Positions 56,573 to 64,000 of a stretch of DNA of 64,000 bases are shown here, one piece after another (position 1 is the first letter of the stretch; each line of letters starts with the position of its first letter). The stretch is from Octopus vulgaris (taxonomy: Eukaryota): positions 13,640,001 through 13,704,000 of the forward strand of contig OX597819.1 in assembly GCA_951406725.2 (NCBI GenBank), given 5' to 3'. The notes under the pieces are model-generated. The model was not told the origin of the DNA. It saw nothing but the letters and a program-made list of their open reading frames with translations, and searched no databases. Made by a program: the position numbers and the translations under genes.

Positions 56573-56724
56573 TTGCGTGGTAAGTAGCTTGCTTGCCAAC
56601 CACGTGGTTCCAGGTTCAGTCCCACTGCGTGGCACCTTGGGCAAGTGTCTTCTGCTATAGCCCCGGGCCAACCAAAGCCTTGTGAGTGGATTTGGTAGGC
56701 GGAAACTGAAAGAAGTCTGTCGTA

Positions 56725-56800
<76 letters not shown>

Positions 56801-57010
56801 TGTCTGTGTTCGTCCCCCTAGCATTGCTTGACAACCGATGCTGGTGTGTTTACGTCCCTGTAACTTAGCGGTTCGGCAAAAGAGACCGATAGAATAAGTA
56901 CTGGGCTCACAAAGAATAAGTCCCGGGGTCGATTTGCTCGATTAAAAGGCGGTGCTCCAGCATGGCCGCAGTCAAATGACTGAAACAAGTAAAAGAGTAA
57001 AAAGAGAGTA
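56573..57010 (+). mobile_element. SINE A
   Basis: Family match. Confidence 0.92.
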
Positions 57011-57394
57011 TAGTGAATTTATTTGTGTCGTAAACCATTCGTCATTCCTTCATACCCTAAAGAATAAGCAAATGCTTATTCCGCTTAATGGTTAATCCAG
57101 CACTGTCTAGAAATAGCATTGAAGTCTTCTTCTGATCACACTCTACTGTCTTTGGAAAATGAAGGACATGTATTCACTGCCTGAAAAAACAATGACCGGA
57201 TGGGCACGGTTTTTGAATTTCTTTAACGATGGATGACACCTCATGGGACTGACCTTGCGCAAACAATAACGACGTCAGTACACACACATATATATATACA
57301 CACATACACACAATGACACACGCGCTGGTGCACTCATAAATATACACTTCCACTTCCTCCCATCATTTGCACAGTCTCTATATTCACCACATAG

Positions 57395-57800
57395 GGTGGC
57401 GAGCTGGCAAAAACGTTAGCACACCGGGTAAAATGCTTAGCAGTATTTCGTCTACCGTTACGTTCTGAGTTCAAATTCCGCCGAGGTCGACTTTGCCTTT
57501 CATCTTTTCGGGGTCGATTAAATAAGTACCAGTTACGCACTGGGGTCGATATAATCGACTTAATCCGTTTGTCTGTCCTTGTTTGTCCCCTCTGTGTTTA
57601 GTCCCCTGTGGGTAGTAAAGAAATAGGTTTTCGTCTACAGTTACGTTCTGAGTTCAAACTCCACCGAGGTCGACTTTGCCTTTCATCCTTTCGGGGGTCG
57701 ATCAATTAAGTACCAGTTACGCACTGGGGTCGATATAATCGACTTAATCCCTTTGTCCTTGTTTGTCCCCTTTATGTTTAGCCCCCTGTAGGCAAAAAAA
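57395..57800 (+). mobile_element. SINE C dimer
   Basis: The second unit starts at 57627 and lacks the first ~45 bp. Confidence 0.88.
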
Positions 57801-57905
57801 AATATATATCTATTCTCACCACGTCCAACTTCCTTTTCTTGTAACATTTCATGGAATTGAAGGGAAGATGAGAAAAGATCATTGTCGCATCCTGTCATCA
57901 CCGCA

Positions 57906-57938
<33 letters not shown>

Positions 57939-58177
57939 GAGTATGATGATGATGATGATGATCTTTTTTCTTATTGGCCGCAAGTGTCCAAGACATTGAA
58001 GTCGATATTCAAAAGACGAACTACCACATCCAAATGATGGGGCTTGCATTGGTCAAAGGATACCAACAACTATAAAAATTAGAACAAAACAAAATATAGA
58101 TATAAAATTCGGAAACATAAATAAATAAGTATATGCATAGTATATGCCCGGTACAGTCACGATTCGACCAGCTCGCC

Positions 58178-58220
<43 letters not shown>

Positions 58221-58223
<3 letters not shown>

Positions 58224-58352
58224 CTCTGGAAACATGGGTGGTTCTTTCAACATCCTTAAACAATCCTTATTCAGGGACATTTTGAGCAGGATGTCCTACT
58301 CAACCTGAAGAAAATTCTAACTGGGCCCCACCTGCAAGGTCATGTGCTGTTT
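58221..58352 (+). mobile_element. Fragment of the LINE 3' UTR (compare 37842-37972)
   Basis: Near-identical sequence, preceded by (AAT)n. Confidence 0.8.
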
Positions 58353-58431
58353 TAATTTAACTTTAAAAAAAAAAATGAACGAACTAGTGAGTTTAGTTTA
58401 ATGGCCTACCAATGTATACTATGAGTTTCTT

Positions 58432-58945
<514 letters not shown>

Positions 58946-59289
58946 TGCTGTTACACAATGTACGGTGATGAAAACAATCTCTGAAACACAAAAGGCAAAT
59001 ATTTTATTCTATAAAACAATGTTATTTTCGCCTGCGAAAACATTTATTGGCGCAAAAATGTCGTTATTGTGTAAGGCATCATCGGAAATACATATTTGAG
59101 TAGCCAATCAGGTGTGGCAATATCGACATATTGGACAAGACAGGGTCTCAAGGGACCTGAATCACAAAGCATCCAACAGGCATACAGATTTCATTTGTGT
59201 TATGCCCGTGTGTTACACAAACAACATAAATGCATTATATATTTGATACACACACACATACACATGTATATATCATATGCTATATATCT

Positions 59290-59463
59290 ATAGGCGCAGG
59301 AGTGGCTGTGTGGTAAGTAGCTTGCTTACCAACCACATGGTTCCGGGTTCAGTCCCACTGCGTGGCACCTTGGGCAAGTGTCTTCTACTATTGCCTCGGG
59401 CCGACCAAAGCCTTGTGAGTGGATTTGGTAGATGGAAACTGAAAGAAGCCCGTCGTATATATG

Positions 59464-59494
<31 letters not shown>

Positions 59495-59700
59495 TTGTGT
59501 GTCTGTGTTTGTCCCCCTAGCATTGTTTGACAACCGATGCTGGTGTGTTTACGTCCCCGTCACTTAGCGGTTCGGCAATAGAATAAGTACTGGGCTTACA
59601 AAGAATAAGTCCCGGGGTCGATTTGCTCATATAAAGGCGGTGCTCCAGCATGGCCACAGTCAAATGACTGAAACAAGTAAAAGAGTAAAAGAGAGAGAGA
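59290..59700 (+). mobile_element. SINE A, full length
   Basis: Family match. Confidence 0.92.
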
Positions 59701-60659
59701 GCATACATATCTGAAAGCATACATTTATGTTTCTCTGTGTGTGTGTTTGTATTAAAATACTCGAATCATTTGTAAGATATTTAATCATATATAAATAAAT
59801 ATACACACTTTATAATTACATAATGAGTTGTTTTGTTTGAGTTGTAGTAAGTCTTCTTGAATTTTAGGGAGTAAAAACTGTAAATAAATCATACATACAC
59901 ACACATACGAACACAAACACAGAGAGAGAGATTAATTTATGTGTTATTTATGTAATACAATATTCCACAAGTTTTCATTGTGTCTTATCTTCATGTCTTT
60001 GTTATTCCGAGAATAACCAAAAGCTACCTCTATTATAAATGTATGAGTGTTTGCAGAAACCGGTGTGAAAGGGTGCGTCGAGACGCGTTCCTTTCTAACG
60101 AATGATTAAATAAACATTCGGTAATTGGAATCGATATATTAGTATAAATACAGAACAGCCGTCACTCGCAAGCGAGTATCGTTTGGTAAGGCGTACCGTG
60201 GTTTCGCTAATTGTTTTAAGTGCCTGCATAGTCGCTCGCACACATAGACACCCTCTCGGTCCCCATCACGTTTAAGTTATTGTAAGAGGTTGGATGTGAT
60301 AGATGGAGAGGGAGAGAGATGGGGACAGTTAGGGAGAGAGATGGGTAGAGTGGGGAGAGAGAAATTGATGGAAGGGAGAGAGAAAGAGAGAGAGAGGGAG
60401 AGAGAGACAGATGGGGAGAGTGAGGGAGAGAGAAATAGAGGGAAGGGAGATAGAAAGAGAGAGAGGGAGGGAGAGAAAGATGGGGAGAGTGAGGGAAAGA
60501 GAAATAGAGGGAAGGGAAATAGAAAAGGAGAGGGAGAAAAAGATGGGGAGAGTGAGGGAGAGAGAAATAGAAGGAAGGGAGATAGAAAGAGTGAGAGAGA
60601 GAGAGAAAGAGAGAGAGAAAGCTTCCCTAGCAACGACTGGTACGCATTAACGACTTAAT

Positions 60660-60780
60660 AAGACTTGGATAATGCGACATGAAATAATCTGCTCTAGAAC
60701 GCAACTCGCAGCCCAGCTCAGGAATCGACCCCACGACATTACGATCAAGAAGCCGAATGCCTCCCAACGACAACGCACCT
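60660..60780 (-). mobile_element. Old OR2-like SINE head
   Basis: GGCATTCGGCT..TGATCGTAA..GGTCGATTCC followed by a degenerate CORE. Confidence 0.55.
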
Positions 60781-60918
60781 TCACGATAAAAAAAGTTACC
60801 ACACCGAAATATGGAATGGAGTCGATGGGATGGGCGAAGACCGTTGTCTGCTTGCACAGCGAGGTTTCAATTGTATGACTGTTAAATAAGAGAAACTTGG
60901 TGGAAGCCCGAGGTATAA

Positions 60919-60989
<71 letters not shown>

Positions 60990-60991
60990 GT

Positions 60992-61066
<75 letters not shown>

Positions 61067-61217
61067 TGTGTCTGTGCGTGTGCGCGCGTGCATGTGTAGG
61101 CATCGTACGTTCTTGATGTGATCTTTCCGTCGTTTCTCCTTCTTTTTCAATGCTTTTACCATCCTCTTCTTCTCCCTCTCATTTCCTCTCTCTCTTTCTT
61201 TCTGTCTCTCTCTTTCC

Positions 61218-61248
<31 letters not shown>

Positions 61249-61285
61249 AGTTTTATTATTTTATTATTTTAAGCCTCGCCTCGAA

Positions 61286-62078
61286 GGCGGCGAGCTGGCA
61301 GAAACGTTAGCGCGCCGGGCGAAGTGCGTAGTCGTATTTCGTCTGCCGTTACGTTCTGAGTTCAAATTCCGCCGAGGTCGACTTAGCCTTTCATCCTTTC
61401 GGGGTCGATTAAATAAGTACCAGTTACGCACTGGGGCCGATATAATCGACTTAATCCCTTTGTCTGTCCTTGTTTGTCCCCTCTGTGTGTAGCCCCTTGT
61501 GGGCAGTACAGAAATAGGTATTTCGTCTGCCGTTACGTTCTGAGTTCAAATTCCGCCGAGGTCGACTTTGCCTTTCATCCTTTCGGGGTCGATTAAATAA
61601 GTACCAGTTACGCACTGGGGTCGATATAATCGACTTAATCCGTTTGTTTGTCCTCTGTGTTTAGCCCCTTGTGGGTAGTAAAGAAATAGGTATTTCGTCT
61701 GCCGTTACGTTCTGAGTTCAAATCCCACCGCGGTCAACTTTGCCTTTTATCCTTTCGGGGTCGATTAAATAAGTACCAGTTACGCACTGGGTTCCATATA
61801 ATCGATCAATCCTTTCTCCCCAGCATTTCAGGCCCTCACTCTATACTAGAAATGATTATTATTGAAGAAGCCTCTCAGACAGAATCGTAAGCATGCCGGA
61901 CTAAATGCTTAGCAGCGTTTCGTCCGTCTTCACGTTTTGATTCTGAATGCGCCGAGCCCGACTTTGCCTTTCATCCTTTTAGGGTCGATAAAATAAGTGC
62001 CAGTTGATCACTGCGGTCGATTTAATCGACTCAGCCCCTCTCACGAAATTGCTGGCCTTATGCCAAAATTTGAAAACA
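61286..62078 (+). mobile_element. SINE C trimer (61286-61860) plus an older copy (61870-62078)
   Basis: Junctions AAGAAATAG|GTATTTCGTC at 61517/8 and 61689/90. Confidence 0.88.
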
Positions 62079-62167
62079 TCATTTCAAGCGCCCGTCTGGC
62101 TGTCTGGCTGTCTGGTTGGCTCTCTTTCTCTCTCTCTCTCGCTCTCTATCTCTATCTCTCTCTCTCC

Positions 62168-62199
<32 letters not shown>

Positions 62200-62610
62200 C
62201 TCTCACTGCCTCTCCCTCATATTCAAATTCAGTGTCTCTATACCAATTCTCTATTTCTTTTTCTCTCTTTTTCTCCCTTTCTTTTACAATCTCTTTATTT
62301 CGTTCTGTGACAACCACTCTCCCTCTCGTCCTCTCTCTCTCTTTCTCTTACCCTCACTCTTGCTATGAATTCTCCACGTCATCCTCTCTCTTTCTCTCTC
62401 CCTCCTCTACCTTTCACTCTAACCACCCCCTCTCTATACTCCAATTTCCCAATCCCACCCGTTCACATTTGAACAACGAAAGAAACTTAACGAGCCAAAT
62501 GTGAAAGGTATCTACGTAGTCGTTCAACTGGCTAAAAATAGCAGTCAAATCACCCTCAAATCACGCTCACCCTTCCGTCATAAAGACGCGGAGGCAGAAA
62601 CACATTGGAT

Positions 62611-63090
62611 GACGAAGTCCCAAATTCATAAAACTAAAGAAGTCGGAATGATCGCGGATGGACTCTCTTTGATGAAGTCCCAAATTCATAAAACTAAAGA
62701 AGTGGGAATGGTCGTGGATGGACTCTCTTTGATGAAGTCCCAAATTCATAAAACTAAACAAGTCGGAATGGTCGCGGATGGACTCTCTTTGATGAAGTCC
62801 CAAATTCATAAAACTAAACAAGTCGGAATGGTCGCGGATGGACTCTCTTTGATGAAGTCCCAAATTCATAAAACTAAACAAGTCGGAATGGTCGCGGATG
62901 GACTCTCTTTGATGAAGTCCCAAATTCATAAAAGTAAAGAAGTGGGAATGGTCGCGGATGGACTCTCTTTGATGAAGTCCCAAATTCATAAAACTAAACA
63001 AGTCGGAATGGTCGCGGATGGACTCTCTTTGATTAAGTCCCAAATTCATAAAAGTAAACAAGTCGGAATGGTCGCGGATGGACTCTCTTT
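62611..63090. repeat. 60-bp minisatellite x8 inside a family D element
   Basis: Unit GATGAAGTCCCAAATTCATAAAACTAAACAAGTCGGAATGGTCGCGGATGGACTCTCTTT; no spacers. Confidence 0.97.
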
Positions 63091-63476
63091 GATCATACGT
63101 CTATTCAGTCAAGACTAGATTGGGAACTAAACAACAAAAACAACATACCCCGTGGCGGTCGGGGGTGACGGAGCAGAATAAAAGGGGTTTGCCAGGTAAG
63201 TTCTACAATGAGTGGAAGAAGGGCTGGGGTGAGAAAGGGTGAGATGATGTAATATTTAAGGGGCTGAAAGGACGGCTGTGTAGGGGTGATGGGTATGTCA
63301 GCCCATTCGCTATTATAGGGCTAAGCTGAGAAAACAAGACTTTGATGACGGTTGCTTCTTTTCTGTTGTTGTTATAATTAGGAGAGGAGAACTACATCCG
63401 GCTTCGTTGAGAGAGAATCTATGGGAACATGTGTGTGTGTGTGTGTGTGCGCGCGCGCGCGCGCGTGTATGTGTGT

Positions 63477-63515
<39 letters not shown>

Positions 63516-63583
63516 CGTGCGTGTGCGTGCATGCGTGTGTGTGAGTGTGTGTCGGAATCTGGGAATATATATATATATATATA

Positions 63584-64000
63584 CTAGCAGTATCGCCCGG
63601 CGTTGCTCGGGTTTGTAAGGGAAATAACTATATAAGCATTTTTAGAGAGTTATAGCCAAAAAGTAGCAAAAAAATGCATTAAAAATGGAAAAAAAAATTA
63701 TGGTAAACTTTTTAAAAAATCGTTGACTCATCATAGACATTTTTAGAGAGTTACTTCCTTTATATAATAACGAAAAAAATGCATTAAAATGGGAAAAAAT
63801 GATGGTAAATTATTTTCAAAATCGTAGACTCATCGTAGACGCGCGCTAATACCCAGAAGGGCTCGATATGAATCACGACTATAATATACCCGGTTTTGGT
63901 TAAACTGCACCGCAAAATGTGAGAGTAGTTAGGAATCTAAATCGTAGGAGACAGACACACAACTTCACTTTTATATATAAAGACTAGCAGTATCGCCCGG
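63584..64000 (-). mobile_element. Helitron tandem (63584-63983, plus next copy from 63984)
   Basis: The minus-strand junction CTAG|TCTTTATATAT joins the 3' end of one copy to the 5' end of the next. Confidence 0.88.

Noticed and set aside
62611-63090. CRISPR-like regular repeat
   Set aside because: The units are contiguous with no unique spacers, there are no cas genes, and the context is eukaryotic.

Overview
This is AT-rich eukaryotic non-coding DNA, most likely intronic or intergenic sequence from an octopus (coleoid cephalopod). The organism is inferred from the SINE families and the extreme microsatellite load, not from a database search. No intact protein-coding gene, rRNA, tRNA or CRISPR array is supported, and nearly all ORFs in the track are microsatellite read-throughs. 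The window is a mosaic of: (i) three tRNA-derived SINE families, namely A (CORE-type, with an internal TA/TG microsatellite), B (OR1/OR2-like) and C (Meta-domain-like, sometimes multimeric); (ii) decayed LINEs of the RTE, Dong/R4 and Tx1/L1 clades; (iii) DNA transposons, namely a DD37D/maT element, a mariner foldback, pogo remnants, MITEs including a Merlin-like one, and non-autonomous Helitrons, one with a perfect head-to-tail junction; (iv) micro- and minisatellites. The main signal not shown by the ORF track is a set of about 9 minimal type-I hammerhead-ribozyme motifs in short Penelope-like repeats, often in inverted arrangement. Secondary leads are a candidate minus-strand exon bracketed by a local inverted duplication (possible circRNA or ADAR substrate), a candidate recursive splice site, and an RFX X-box plus CRE cluster. 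All calls were made by eye.
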